The notes beneath the pieces are model-generated. The model did not search any database. It was not told where the DNA came from and saw nothing but the letters and a program-made list of their open reading frames with translations. The position numbers and the translations under genes were made by a program. A stretch of DNA of 64,000 nt from an uncultured delta proteobacterium. GTDB taxonomy: Bacteria > Desulfobacterota > Binatia > UBA9968. Location: assembly GCA_963804165.1 (NCBI GenBank), contig CAWDPO010000002.1, positions 192,001 to 256,000 of the forward strand, given 5' to 3'. Positions 41,119 to 50,981 of this stretch are shown here, one piece after another (position 1 is the stretch's first letter; each line of letters begins with the position of its first letter).

Positions 41119-42111
41119 TTACTTCAGCAGCACCAAACCGAGCGCCAAAAGCGCGGCAAACAATGCCGCGCCGGCCAGCGCGAGCGCCGCAAATATCGCG
41201 GTCCGCCACACAAGAACAGGCACGGGATTAACCACCGCTGCGGGACTGTCCGCGAACAGCGACTGTTGCATGATCGCCTTTGCCGCCATGACGTCTCGCG
41301 CCGCGTCCTCGAAATGTTGCTGCGATATACGCTTGCCTAGGTCCGCGCCAGGTTCGGCGGCGGCCGCGGCCGCCGCTTTGATGACCGCGTTCTTGATATC
41401 GCCGCCGCTCACCACGTAGCGCTCGGAAAGCACCTTGAAGTCGACGTCGGGCGCCAAAGGCGTCTTTCTCGGGTGAATCTGCAACTGCCAGATCCGTTCC
41501 CGCTCCTCGACTCCCGGCATCTCAAAAAGCACATGGGTTCGGATGCGGCGCTCGAAGGCGCGGTCAAAATTGGCCGCTAGATTGGTTGCAAAAATCACGA
41601 TCCCGTTGAACGCCTCCAGCTCGCGCAGGAGCACGTTGATCGTCAGATTGCTCTCACGGTCATGCGCCGTAGCCACGCCCGCCGAGCGGCGCATCGCGAT
41701 GGCGTCCGCTTCATCGAAAAAAAGCACCGCGTTCTGCTCGGCTGCCGCGCGAAATGCAGCCGCCACGTTCTTCGGAGTCTCGCCCAACCACATCGACTCC
41801 GCCTGGGCATAGTCGACAACGAGCAGCTTCAAGCCGAGCTCATGCGCGATCGCCTCGGCGCAGATCGTCTTCCCGGTCCCGGGAGGTCCGGCAAAGTTAA
41901 ACGCCAGACCGCGCCCTGCCGTGTGCCGCTCGCCAAGGCCCCAGCGCTGGAAGATCAGCGTGTGATTGCGCACCTGGGCGAGCGCCTGATCGAGGGTACG
42001 CCGCGTCTGCGGCGGCAGCACGACGTCCGCCAACGTGCGCTGCGGCGTGACCGTTTCGACCACACGCCGCGAACCGAGACCGGTCAAGAATGAAATCAAC
42101 GGGCTAGCCAT
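41119..42111 (-). CDS. Single-domain AAA+ ATPase with C-terminal TM helix
   Basis: Walker A GPPGTGKT, Walker B LFFDEAD, ATN..AFERR; hydrophobic tail. Confidence 0.85.
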   Translation of the reverse strand: MASPLISFLTGLGSRRVVETVTPQRTLADVVLPPQTRRTLDQALAQVRNHTLIFQRWGLGERHTAGRGLAFNFAGPPGTGKTICAEAIAHELGLKLLVVDYAQAESMWLGETPKNVAAAFRAAAEQNAVLFFDEADAIAMRRSAGVATAHDRESNLTINVLLRELEAFNGIVIFATNLAANFDRAFERRIRTHVLFEMPGVEERERIWQLQIHPRKTPLAPDVDFKVLSERYVVSGGDIKNAVIKAAAAAAAEPGADLGKRISQQHFEDAARDVMAAKAIMQQSLFADSPAAVVNPVPVLVWRTAIFAALALAGAALFAALLALGLVLLK

Positions 42112-42280
42112 TCAATTATTTTATCATTTCACGCGGCGATCTCACACCCGCAGGCTAACGATGCGTTGGCGGTCTTCTCCCGTCACGTGGCCCGATGTAG
42201 GCCGGGACAACTTGTGGGCAAAAAAAGCGCAGCGTGAGCAGGGAATATTGAAAGAGAAAACTGTCCGAGACCCGTTCTGC

Positions 42281-43246
42281 TTATTTTCCCAACTCACGAT
42301 TTATTTCTTCGACGATGCTGAAGTCAAAGACACGGTCCAAGGGGACCTCGCCGGTAAACTTCACCTGCCGTTTGCGCTCGTTGACCAGCGTTTCCATGCC
42401 GACGCGGCTCAAAGTCCCGTCTTTGGAAACCCCTTTGATAAAGACATTGTACGTGTGCTCCGCGGTTTCCTGATCCAGGCGCAGCCAGGCCGAGAGCAGT
42501 CCGATCATTTCATTACGGTTGCGCGGGTCGTTGGAATAGCGAATGCCGCGCACGGTTGCCATCAAGAATTTTTTTAGGTCGGTGCGCTGGCGCTCGATCA
42601 TGGACGTGGCGGTCGCCAAGCCGACAAACGGCAAATCAAGTTCGTCGGCAACGTCGAGAAGAGTCTTAAGGCCGGCGCGCCGCGCCAGCACGACGCCTTG
42701 CGGGCCGAGCATCGCTGCGTCGATCTGACCTAGTTTGAGATGCTGCAATCTTACATCCTCATCGCCGATCGCCAGCACTTTGGCGTCTTTTTCCGGGTCG
42801 ACATGGTATTTTCTCAGAATCAACGTCGTCAGGACGTGGGTGCTGGCGCCGGGAGCGTCGACTCCGACGATTTTGCCGCGTAGATCCGACACCGATTTGA
42901 TCTGCGGCTTCACAACCAACGAATCCATCAGGCGGGTCGAAAAGTAGGCTACGATCTTGAATGGAAAGCCGCGCAAAATAGCGCCGGCGGCAGTCCCCGT
43001 AGCGGTGGTGTATTGGATTTCACCGTTCGTCAGAGCCGCCGAAACGATGGATGGACGCATCATGATAAACTCGGGTTGAAGCGAGTCTTGCGTATAGAAA
43101 CCTTTTTTCGCAGCGACGATAAGCGGAAAATAGCTCGCGGATGGACTCGGAACACCGACCCGCACCGGAGCGCCGTTAGACACGCCGATTCCGCCGCTCA
43201 ATAAAGTCGTAACGGCAGCAATAATTACGATGATGACTCTGATCAT
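42281..43246 (-). CDS. NMT1/THI5-like substrate-binding protein
   Basis: MIRVIIV signal peptide; KSVSDLRGK; YHVDPEKD. Confidence 0.85.
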   Translation of the reverse strand: MIRVIIVIIAAVTTLLSGGIGVSNGAPVRVGVPSPSASYFPLIVAAKKGFYTQDSLQPEFIMMRPSIVSAALTNGEIQYTTATGTAAGAILRGFPFKIVAYFSTRLMDSLVVKPQIKSVSDLRGKIVGVDAPGASTHVLTTLILRKYHVDPEKDAKVLAIGDEDVRLQHLKLGQIDAAMLGPQGVVLARRAGLKTLLDVADELDLPFVGLATATSMIERQRTDLKKFLMATVRGIRYSNDPRNRNEMIGLLSAWLRLDQETAEHTYNVFIKGVSKDGTLSRVGMETLVNERKRQVKFTGEVPLDRVFDFSIVEEINRELGK

Positions 43247-43358
43247 AAGATCTCCGAGAATCTTCACACTGACGCAGAAAATTGGCATCACAGCGTCTTC
43301 GCTCCGCGACTCACAATTTGAACCCTTTGAACGCCTTGAACGTTTTGAACAGCCTTTT

Positions 43359-43964
43359 TCAGATATGCGTGTAGCGTGGTCGCAGGATCTGCACACCCTC
43401 GCTGTTTTCGATATACCGGGCAAAACGGTACTTGCCCTCCTTGCCATCGAGTGTGAGGGTCGGCAGCTTGTCCACGCTGCCTTTCTCCACTTTGGCAACA
43501 ATGAAATAATGTCCCGGATTGTTGACTGCTCGGCGCGCGGTGGATTCGAATTCGGCCACTGTGGTGACGACACTCGCGTTCACGATCCCGGCGCCGCGGG
43601 CGATGGCGGCAAGATCCGCCTTGCCGGCGGTCGCTGACTTTAAGCCGCCTCCGCCTTCGTAAGACTCGTTATCGAGCACGATATGGATAATGTTATTCAA
43701 GTTCTGATTCGCTAGATCGGCCAGGCTCGCGAGATTCAGCAACAAGTTGCCGTCGCCGTCGAGCATCACCACCTGGCGATGCGGCAGCGAAACGGCAACG
43801 CCAAGTCCGACCGCCGCGCACAGGCCCAAGTTGACTTGTAAGAGATTCGCATCACTGGGGCGCAGCGCGTTCCACTCGCGGCAAATCGGTCCGACATTGG
43901 TGACCACGATCGTTTTCGGGTCAAGCAACGGCGCCAAAGATTTCAAACATTCATAGCGTTTCAT
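43359..43964 (-). CDS. TPP-binding decarboxylase beta subunit (sulfopyruvate decarboxylase ComE-like)
   Basis: LDGDGNLL...LDNESY TPP motif; overlaps stop of upstream gene. Confidence 0.82.
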   Translation of the reverse strand: MKRYECLKSLAPLLDPKTIVVTNVGPICREWNALRPSDANLLQVNLGLCAAVGLGVAVSLPHRQVVMLDGDGNLLLNLASLADLANQNLNNIIHIVLDNESYEGGGGLKSATAGKADLAAIARGAGIVNASVVTTVAEFESTARRAVNNPGHYFIVAKVEKGSVDKLPTLTLDGKEGKYRFARYIENSEGVQILRPRYTHI

Positions 43965-44461
43965 TTTATGGTTTCTCCAGTAAGCAGCACGGCAACCGGA
44001 CGTTGCCAACTTATCGTCGATCCTTGGGCATCCACGATCGCCTTGGAAATATCTTCATTCTTGGAAATCACGCTGTATGGCGCATTGAGAACTTTTAGCA
44101 GCGGCTCAGTCGTGTCTTTATACGGTCCCATCAACCAAAACGCATCGCCGATGTCGCCGCGATAAGGAATCAACAGAAGCAGCGGCAAGCTCCACGCCAT
44201 ACAAAGGCTCGTAAGCGGCCACGCGGCCACCAGCAAGCCTGACGTCGGAACCAATAACGCCGGCCTTTTTCCGCTCAACCACGCGCCGGCGCAGACGCCG
44301 ACGCCGATCGCCTCATTACTGACGGGCACGTAGGTAAAATGTCGGTCGTTCGCGACCCGCTCCTGCAAGTCCGAAAAATCCGAGTCGGGCATGAGAGAAA
44401 CAAAATCCACCCCCGACCTCTTCAATCCGTCAACGACTGCATCGACCGCCGCGACATCCAT
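43961..44461 (-). CDS. TPP decarboxylase alpha subunit (ComD-like)
   Basis: GVDFV..MPD, NEAIGVGVCAGAWLSG, YRGD. Confidence 0.82.
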   Translation of the reverse strand: MDVAAVDAVVDGLKRSGVDFVSLMPDSDFSDLQERVANDRHFTYVPVSNEAIGVGVCAGAWLSGKRPALLVPTSGLLVAAWPLTSLCMAWSLPLLLLIPYRGDIGDAFWLMGPYKDTTEPLLKVLNAPYSVISKNEDISKAIVDAQGSTISWQRPVAVLLTGETIK

Positions 44462-44557
44462 GATTGCTTCCTCTTCGCTTTTTTAATTCGCTGCCATCGC
44501 TAACAACCTAATAGTCAATCCCCGCACTCCAGTCAATTTTATTACGGCTTCCATGCT

Positions 44558-44845
44558 TTGGCGCGCCGCGGAGAATCGGCAGCAGCCCGGCGCCGCTGGC
44601 GGTGGAAAATTTGACATTCCCGCCGAGCAGCGCTTGCGACCCGAGCGCCTAAGGCAAGACGACAAGTTGCACGTCGAGTCCTTCTTGCCGGTAATAGCCG
44701 CGGTCGCGGGCGACGGCAAAAGGAGTCACGGCCGGCATGATCGCCGGGATCTGCAGCGGCACTTTGACCGGCTCCTGCGCCGCGCTGTGCGAACGCATGA
44801 GAAGCAACGCCGCGACGATTATAGTTCTGAGCCAAATGGCGATTT
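44558..44845 (-). pseudogene. Truncated NMT1-like SBP remnant with in-frame TAG
   Basis: ...AVARDRGYYRQEGLDVQLVVLP*ALGSQALLGG..ILRGAP then breaks off; TAG at 44649-44651. Confidence 0.7.
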
Positions 44846-44945
44846 TACATCCTTTGTGTTATTCGAACAAAAGTTCCGCACTGACGAATCGCAACCTAGC
44901 TTTCGCGTTGGTGCGAGTCAAGAAACGCTTGCTCGGAGGATGATG

Positions 44946-45890
44946 ATGAAGTTTGGTGTTTTTCTTCCTGTGTCCGGCCGCGCGGCCGGTCGCAAAACTC
45001 TCATGCAGGCGGCGCAGCAAGCCGAATCCCTGGGCTACGATTCCGTCTGGGCCGCCGATCGTCTCGTCATGCCGTGGAAGATCGACACCGCGTATCCCTA
45101 CAGCAAGGAGGCAACGTTTATCGTTCCGCCCGACCGGCCGTTTTTCGACACGCTCACCTGTTTGGCATTTTTGGCGGGATGCACCGAGAAAATTCAATTG
45201 GGCATGAGCGTCATGGTGCTGCCCTATCGCCATCCGCTCCACTGGGCGAAAATCGCGACCACCATCGATCAATTGTCCACGGGCCGGCTGATCATGGGCG
45301 TGGGCGTCGGCTGGATGGAAGAAGAGTTCGCCGCGATGAACGCGCCGTTTAAAGAGCGTGGTAGCGTCTCCGACGAGCAGCTCACGTTACTCAAGCAGCT
45401 CTGGACCGAAGAGCACATCACGTTTCACGGCAAGTATTACAACGTCGAAGACATCGCTTTTAATCCGAAGCCCTATCAAAAACCGCGCATCCCGGTCTGG
45501 GTCGGCGGCGAAGGCAAACCGGCGCAACGCCGCGCCGGTCAATACGGCGACGCGTGGTTCCCCTACTTCGTGAAAGTCACACCGAAAGAATTGTCCGCCC
45601 GCTACGATAACGTGCGCGCCGAGGCCAAGAAGGCCGGACGCAACCCCGACGAAGTCGAGCTCGCCTGCTGCCTGCCCGTCGAGCTGACTCCCACCGATGG
45701 CCCACCGATCGAAGATTATTTAAAAGGCAGCATCGACCAAGTCGCCGAAAGACTGCAGCAGTTCATCGACGTCGGCGTCATCCACATCGGCCTCCAGTTC
45801 ATGATGCCCCACTACCCCGAGCGCCAAGAACAAATCGAGCGCTTCGCCCGAGAAGCATTGACGAGTTTAAAAGCCTACTCGAAGCCGTGA
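44946..45890 (+). CDS. LLM class (F420-dependent-like) oxidoreductase
   Basis: GYDSVWAADR, LPYRHP, GVGVGWMEEEF, PKPYQKP; GGAGG RBS. Confidence 0.88.
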   Translation: MKFGVFLPVSGRAAGRKTLMQAAQQAESLGYDSVWAADRLVMPWKIDTAYPYSKEATFIVPPDRPFFDTLTCLAFLAGCTEKIQLGMSVMVLPYRHPLHWAKIATTIDQLSTGRLIMGVGVGWMEEEFAAMNAPFKERGSVSDEQLTLLKQLWTEEHITFHGKYYNVEDIAFNPKPYQKPRIPVWVGGEGKPAQRRAGQYGDAWFPYFVKVTPKELSARYDNVRAEAKKAGRNPDEVELACCLPVELTPTDGPPIEDYLKGSIDQVAERLQQFIDVGVIHIGLQFMMPHYPERQEQIERFAREALTSLKAYSKP

Positions 45891-45921
45891 TCGTGTCCCG
45901 TTCCCTCCGAGGGGTATAACT

Positions 45922-46157
45922 CGTTCGAGACGTTCAAAACGTTCAAGTAGTTCAAGCCGTTCCAGAAGTTCCAATCGTTCTGGCCGGTAACCCTGGAACG
46001 CTTCGAACCATTGGAACGACTGGAACAAGTCCCAAGATTGGAACCATTGGAACATCTGGATCTGCCCTTGAACTTTTGAACCTTGAACATTGAACCGGCG
46101 CAGCCGTAGCGTAGCCATTGAACCGGCGTAGCCCGAGTTCGGATCGCTTGAAGTGAA
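45922..46157. repeat. Long mixed 9-mer/7-mer GTTCAA/TTGAAC repeat tract
   Basis: Many gttc.a and ttg(g/a)ac units in inverted arrangement. Confidence 0.65.
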
Positions 46158-46205
46158 CCGCGCTCGCGGATAAAAACATAACTGAAACTAGGAAGGACAA
46201 ACTCT

Positions 46206-47210
46206 ATGGCCAATCTACCCAGAGTTGCTTTAATCTTGACCGGCGGCACCATCGATTCGGTCGGCAAAGACCGCCTCGATCTCGCCTGGTACATCGAAGC
46301 CGGCAAGCGCTTGAACGACGGTGAGCTACTCCAGCAGTTGCCGGAATTAAAAAGCATCGCCGAAGTGCAGGAAGTTCCGTTTCGCCGTCTGCCCAGCCAC
46401 GCGCTGGTCGACAAGGACTGGCTCGATCTCGTGCGCACGATTCATAAACTTTTCGACGAAGACAAAGCCGACGGCATCGTCATCACCCACGGCACCAACA
46501 CGATCGAAGAGACCGCTTATTTTTTGAATCTGACCTTGAAGACCGACAAGCCGGTTGTCGTGGTGGGATCCATGCGCCCGTCGTCGGCGATCAGCGCCGA
46601 CGGTTACTTGAATCTAGTGAACGCCATCAAAGTCGCCGCCGATCCGCAATCGAAGGGCCGAGGCTGTCTGCTGGTCATGAACGACACGATTTTCAACGGC
46701 CGCGACGTGACGAAAAATGCCACTTATCGCGTCGAAGCGTTTCAATCGCGCGACCTGGGACCGCTCGGCTTCGCCGACGGCGACGGCAAGATCGTTTACT
46801 ACCATCAGCCCGTGCGCAAGCACACGGTGAATACGGAATTCGACGTGAGTAATCTGCAATCGCTGCCCCGCGTCGACATGGTGCTCTCCTACGTCGGCGC
46901 CGACGGCACGATGATCGAAGCCGCGGCCAACGCGGGAGCGAAAGGCATCGTCAGCGCCGGCACCGGCGCCGGCCGTCCGACGCCCGCCGAAGATGCGGCG
47001 TTCGACAAATACTTCAAGGAAAAAGGCATGCTCATGTGCCTGTGCAGTCGCGTCGCCTCGGGCCGCGTTGTGCGTAGCCCCGGTTTGCAAAAACGCGGCT
47101 TCGTCGCCGGCGACAATCTGCAGCCATGGAAAGCGCGTCTGCTGCTCGCGTTAGCGCTGACGAAGACAACGAATCCGGATGAGATCCAGCGGATGTTCGA
47201 TACTTACTAG
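46206..47210 (+). CDS. ansA: L-asparaginase family protein
   Basis: LTGGTI, HGTNTIEETA, GSMRP, GAKGIV.AGTG. Confidence 0.88.
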   Translation: MANLPRVALILTGGTIDSVGKDRLDLAWYIEAGKRLNDGELLQQLPELKSIAEVQEVPFRRLPSHALVDKDWLDLVRTIHKLFDEDKADGIVITHGTNTIEETAYFLNLTLKTDKPVVVVGSMRPSSAISADGYLNLVNAIKVAADPQSKGRGCLLVMNDTIFNGRDVTKNATYRVEAFQSRDLGPLGFADGDGKIVYYHQPVRKHTVNTEFDVSNLQSLPRVDMVLSYVGADGTMIEAAANAGAKGIVSAGTGAGRPTPAEDAAFDKYFKEKGMLMCLCSRVASGRVVRSPGLQKRGFVAGDNLQPWKARLLLALALTKTTNPDEIQRMFDTY

Positions 47211-47335
47211 AATCGAACAAGTTCCAGTTAATCTTGCAACTTTACCCATAGTTTTGCAGGATGGCAGTATTATGCTTCCAAATTTTCTAGGCAACATTAT
47301 GCTTTCCAGGATTTAGCGGCGATCTTACTCGAGAC

Positions 47336-48454
47336 GTGACCTTGAAAAATCTTTTAACAGCGCTTTTGATTAGTCTTTTCTTGACCTGCACCCTCAATGC
47401 AGCCGAGCCGAATCCTTCATCGCACGCCGAATGGGGAAACACTCTCAAAAAAGCCCACGAAGAAGGTCAGCTCACGGTTTACGGCAGCACCAAGTATGAC
47501 CTGCTGTTTGCGGAATTCCAAAAGCAGTATCCGCAGATCAAAGTAACTACAAGCACGACACGGGGAAGCGACGTGATCAGCCGTCTGATGTCCGAGCGAC
47601 GGGCCGGAAGATATCTCGTGGATCTGCATCTGGGCAGCGCCAACGCGAGCTATCTTTTGTACAAAGCAAAGATCGTCGATCGGCTTAAACCTGCATTGAT
47701 GCTTGCGGAAGTCACCGACGAATCCAAATGGTGGGGCGCAAAGCATCGCTACTTGGACGGCGAGCGCGAATACATTTTCTCCTTCGATGGCGAAGCGCAG
47801 ATGCTGTTTGCTTATAATACCAATCTGGTCAATCCCAGTGATTTTAAATCTTTGTGGGATCTGCTTGATTCCAAATGGAAGGGAAAGATTGTCGGATTAG
47901 ACCCCACCAACCAAATTGGTATCGGCGTAGGATTGCGCTTCATATATTACAATCCCGACCTCGGAGCTCCGTTTTTGAGGAAACTTTTGGGAGAAATGGA
48001 ACTTGTCGCCAGCCGTGATACACGCCAAATCGGAGATTGGCTGGCCGTCGGCAACTACGCCCTTTCAGTCTTCACGGACCCCACTCGAACAGGATTGGAC
48101 GCAGCAAAGAAACAGGGGCTGCCGGTGGATTGGTTTGGCCCCAAGGCTTTTCGCGAGGGAGTGCCCTTGAGCTCCAGCACCGGCAACGTCGCATTAATGG
48201 ATAAAGCACCGCATCCCGCTGCGGCGCGAATTGCAATCAACTGGCTACTGTCCCGGAACGGTCAGTCGGCATATCAAAAACTTTTTAAAGAGCCCGATTC
48301 CTTGCGAATAGATGTTCCCAAAGAAGCGGTTCCACCGGAGAGCCGCAGGACGGCTGATGCAAAGTACGTAGAGATCGATAGAGCCGATAGAATGGACATG
48401 GAGCCTATCTTTAAGATTGTCGATGAAGTATGGAAAAAGGGTAAAAGGGATTAG
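47336..48454 (+). CDS. Extracellular solute-binding protein
   Basis: Signal peptide; EGQLTVY, AYNTNLV, DLLDSKWKGKI, APHPAAA. Confidence 0.85.
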   Translation: MTLKNLLTALLISLFLTCTLNAAEPNPSSHAEWGNTLKKAHEEGQLTVYGSTKYDLLFAEFQKQYPQIKVTTSTTRGSDVISRLMSERRAGRYLVDLHLGSANASYLLYKAKIVDRLKPALMLAEVTDESKWWGAKHRYLDGEREYIFSFDGEAQMLFAYNTNLVNPSDFKSLWDLLDSKWKGKIVGLDPTNQIGIGVGLRFIYYNPDLGAPFLRKLLGEMELVASRDTRQIGDWLAVGNYALSVFTDPTRTGLDAAKKQGLPVDWFGPKAFREGVPLSSSTGNVALMDKAPHPAAARIAINWLLSRNGQSAYQKLFKEPDSLRIDVPKEAVPPESRRTADAKYVEIDRADRMDMEPIFKIVDEVWKKGKRD

Positions 48455-48519
48455 CGTGGAAGGGTCTGCCGAGCAAGATTCGCGATCGAGCTTTTAGGGT
48501 GGTGAAAGGAGAAGTCAAG

Positions 48520-49677
48520 ATGCTCACGGTTGCGCAAAAGAAAGAGGGTGACGTGCCGGAACTAGCGATGGAAGATGTTTCGTTCATCGACTGCGATACT
48601 CATTTTCTGCCGCTGCAGGCTTTGGAAAAGCTCGGACGCCTGCATCCCGACTTCTTCCGCTTTAGCGCTGAAGAAGATTGGGTGCGGTTCACCTATCAGG
48701 GAAGAATTATCGCCGAGAGCCGAGCGGGGGGCGAAATATCGGGCGCCGCCAAACACGGCCATCTCTACCTTGAAAAGAAAGCCCAGGATATGGACCGCGA
48801 AGATCCGCGCAGCGTGCAGATTCTCGGCTTCGCTCAGAGCATCTGCGGTACCCTCTATCCTCCCGGCATAGGCGCCGACGTTTGTCGTTCCCTCAACGAG
48901 GGAGTTGCGGAGCTGTTGGACGGGTCGAATATACGAGCCCGCTTTATTCCCGTGGCGGCCATTTATCTTCCCTGGGTTGAAGCGTCCGTGCGAGAAATAA
49001 AACGCACCCAGAAGCAAGGTTTCAAAGGCGTATTTCTCGGACCTATCCGCGAACCCTACGCAGATCTTAGCCTTGGCTCCCAAGGGATTTGGAATATTTA
49101 TGAAGCGCTCAATGATCTCGACATGCCCATCGTCTATCACACCAGCAACCGCCAGTGGAAAGATTGGAGCAGCTACGACTACAAAACGATCAACATCCCT
49201 GAATTAGTCGGCGCGAACCATAAAGCGCTCCAAAGGGTGGGTGATCTCGGCCTGCTCTACGGCTTACCCTTCACCTATGCTTGCGACATAGCCGAGTTGA
49301 TTTTTTCCGGGACGCTCGATCAGTTTCCCAATCTTCGTTTCTGTCTGCTCGAAGGACGCGTCGCGTCTTACCTTCCGGCGCTCATGGACTCGTTAGATCA
49401 GGTGCGCCTGAAACGTCTCAGCTATAGGATCAAGCGCCGTCCGAGTGAATATTTGTCGCATTTTTATCCCGCGGTTACAGCGAATGAAAAGTGGCTTCAC
49501 CACACCATCGAGGCTTGGCCCGATCACAATATGGTATTGGGAAGCGACTACCCGCACGCGGACGCGAGCGGAACGTGGCCTAATTCAGTAAAAATGATTC
49601 GAGAGAATACAAAAATCTCCGACGCGGATAAGGAGCGGATCCTGGTAGGAAATGCTCGACGATTCTTTAGATTTTAA
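48520..49677 (+). CDS. Amidohydrolase_2 family protein
   Basis: IDCDTH, VYH, LLEG, GSDYPH. Confidence 0.85.
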   Translation: MLTVAQKKEGDVPELAMEDVSFIDCDTHFLPLQALEKLGRLHPDFFRFSAEEDWVRFTYQGRIIAESRAGGEISGAAKHGHLYLEKKAQDMDREDPRSVQILGFAQSICGTLYPPGIGADVCRSLNEGVAELLDGSNIRARFIPVAAIYLPWVEASVREIKRTQKQGFKGVFLGPIREPYADLSLGSQGIWNIYEALNDLDMPIVYHTSNRQWKDWSSYDYKTINIPELVGANHKALQRVGDLGLLYGLPFTYACDIAELIFSGTLDQFPNLRFCLLEGRVASYLPALMDSLDQVRLKRLSYRIKRRPSEYLSHFYPAVTANEKWLHHTIEAWPDHNMVLGSDYPHADASGTWPNSVKMIRENTKISDADKERILVGNARRFFRF

Positions 49678-49699
49678 TGTTACGGGATTTTCGCCCTCT

Positions 49700-49760
49700 A
49701 GGGAAGAACTACGGAGGGAAGAACTACGGTCGGAAGGGAAGAACTACGGTCGGACCAAGC
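49700..49760. repeat. Stuttered direct repeat AGGGAAGAACTACGG(TCGGA) x3 at the transposon end
   Basis: Three progressively longer copies ending in the inverted repeat. Confidence 0.75.
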
Positions 49761-50666
49761 TATGTCCTTGCTTCATCAACGGTTTCATCCCAAAAGAAAG
49801 TGTTTTGATCCCTTAGAGCCTCATTTTCCGCGGCAAATTGAGTCCGTAAGCTTCGGCCGGTTCGCGCAGCGCGTAGCTTGCATCGCCTTCTACCACATCG
49901 CGATGTGCGGCTTTGAAGCCAAGCTCGTTTTTGACACTTTCAACAAAAGATCGACTTCCAACCGCGATCGCTTCCGACCAGCGATCATCGCGGCTCGCTA
50001 ATCCGTTTTCCAGTCCTTGCTCCACCCACTGGCGATGCGCTCTTTGAAAATCTCCAAGCCGAAAAGCCGCTTAACTCCCTCAAGCCCTCCCATCGAACAT
50101 TGGAACCATTCGGCGGATTTTGAATCTCGAAAAACCACTATCCTTCCATTCTCAGGATGATTCACCACGCCCGCGCGCACCATGTTTAGGTCTATGTAAA
50201 CCAAACAACGTTGCAGGTGCTCGTCAGCGTCGACAGCTGTGGCGTGATAACGATCTTCCCAGAACGCTCCCCGCTTCCCTTTCCGCTGGTTGTACTCCAG
50301 CGCAGTGCTGCCGGCGATGAGTTGCATACTCTCCGCGATAACGTTTGCGCCTGTGTCTTTAACCATTAGGTGAACGTGGTTGGACGTGACTACATAATTG
50401 AGAACAGACAGGCCGTAACGCTTCTTCGCCTCGAACAGCCAATGTAAATAGCGCCGTCGATCGCGCGCGAACTTGAGGAGAAATTTTCTTTGATGGCAGC
50501 GGTGCGTGATATGCCAGACGTAACCAGGCAGAAAGTGACGGCTTGCTCGTGGCATCTTCGTTCTTAGAGCCAGCGTTCTTGGTTCAAAAAGTGGCCTCTA
50601 AGCTCTAAATAGATGCCTTTTATTCTATCTTAGCTTGTTAAATCAAGATCTTGTCTTGGTCCGACC
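49748..50666 (-). mobile_element. RAYT/Y1 (IS200-like HUH) transposase element with perfect 12-bp terminal IRs; gene 50555-49813 frameshifted
   Basis: WHITHRC, SNHVHL (HUH), FWEDRY, YIDLNMVRAG; GGTCGGACCAAG at 49748 / CTTGGTCCGACC at 50655. Confidence 0.8.
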
Positions 50667-50679
50667 TAGAAACCTTCGG

Positions 50680-50811
50680 CCCGGTTTGCAAAAACGCGGC
50701 TTCGTCGCCGGCGACAATCTGCAGCCATGGAAAGCGCGTCTGCTGCTCGCGTTAGCGCTGACGAAGACAACGAATCCGGATGAAATCCAGAGGATGTTCG
50801 ATACTTACTAG
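50680..50811 (+). repeat. 132-bp direct duplicate of the asparaginase 3' end (47079-47210)
   Basis: Identical except two synonymous changes; ends with the same TAG. Confidence 0.92.
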
Positions 50812-50816
50812 TTAAC

Positions 50817-50981
50817 GTCCTGTATCCGAAGTTCTTCATTGAATGTCTTCCTCTTTTCCGTCATACCGGCGAAAGCCGGTATCCAGAGGCATTTGAAATT
50901 CCTGGATTCCGGGTCGCGCCAGCTATCGCCAGCTTGCCCGGAATGACGATCAACTTGTGTAACGAACTTCAATTACAGGAC
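50817..50981. mobile_element. MITE-like element with GTCCTGT..GAAGTTC termini enclosing a CGTCAT REP pair
   Basis: GTCCTGTATCCGAAGTTC ... GAACTTCAATTACAGGAC (15/18 IR match). Confidence 0.6.

Noticed and set aside
44649-44651. In-frame TAG as pyrrolysine
   Set aside because: It lies in a truncated SBP remnant with no catalytic rationale and no pyl genes in the window
49700-49760. Mini-CRISPR
   Set aside because: Adjacent 15-20 bp repeats with no spacers
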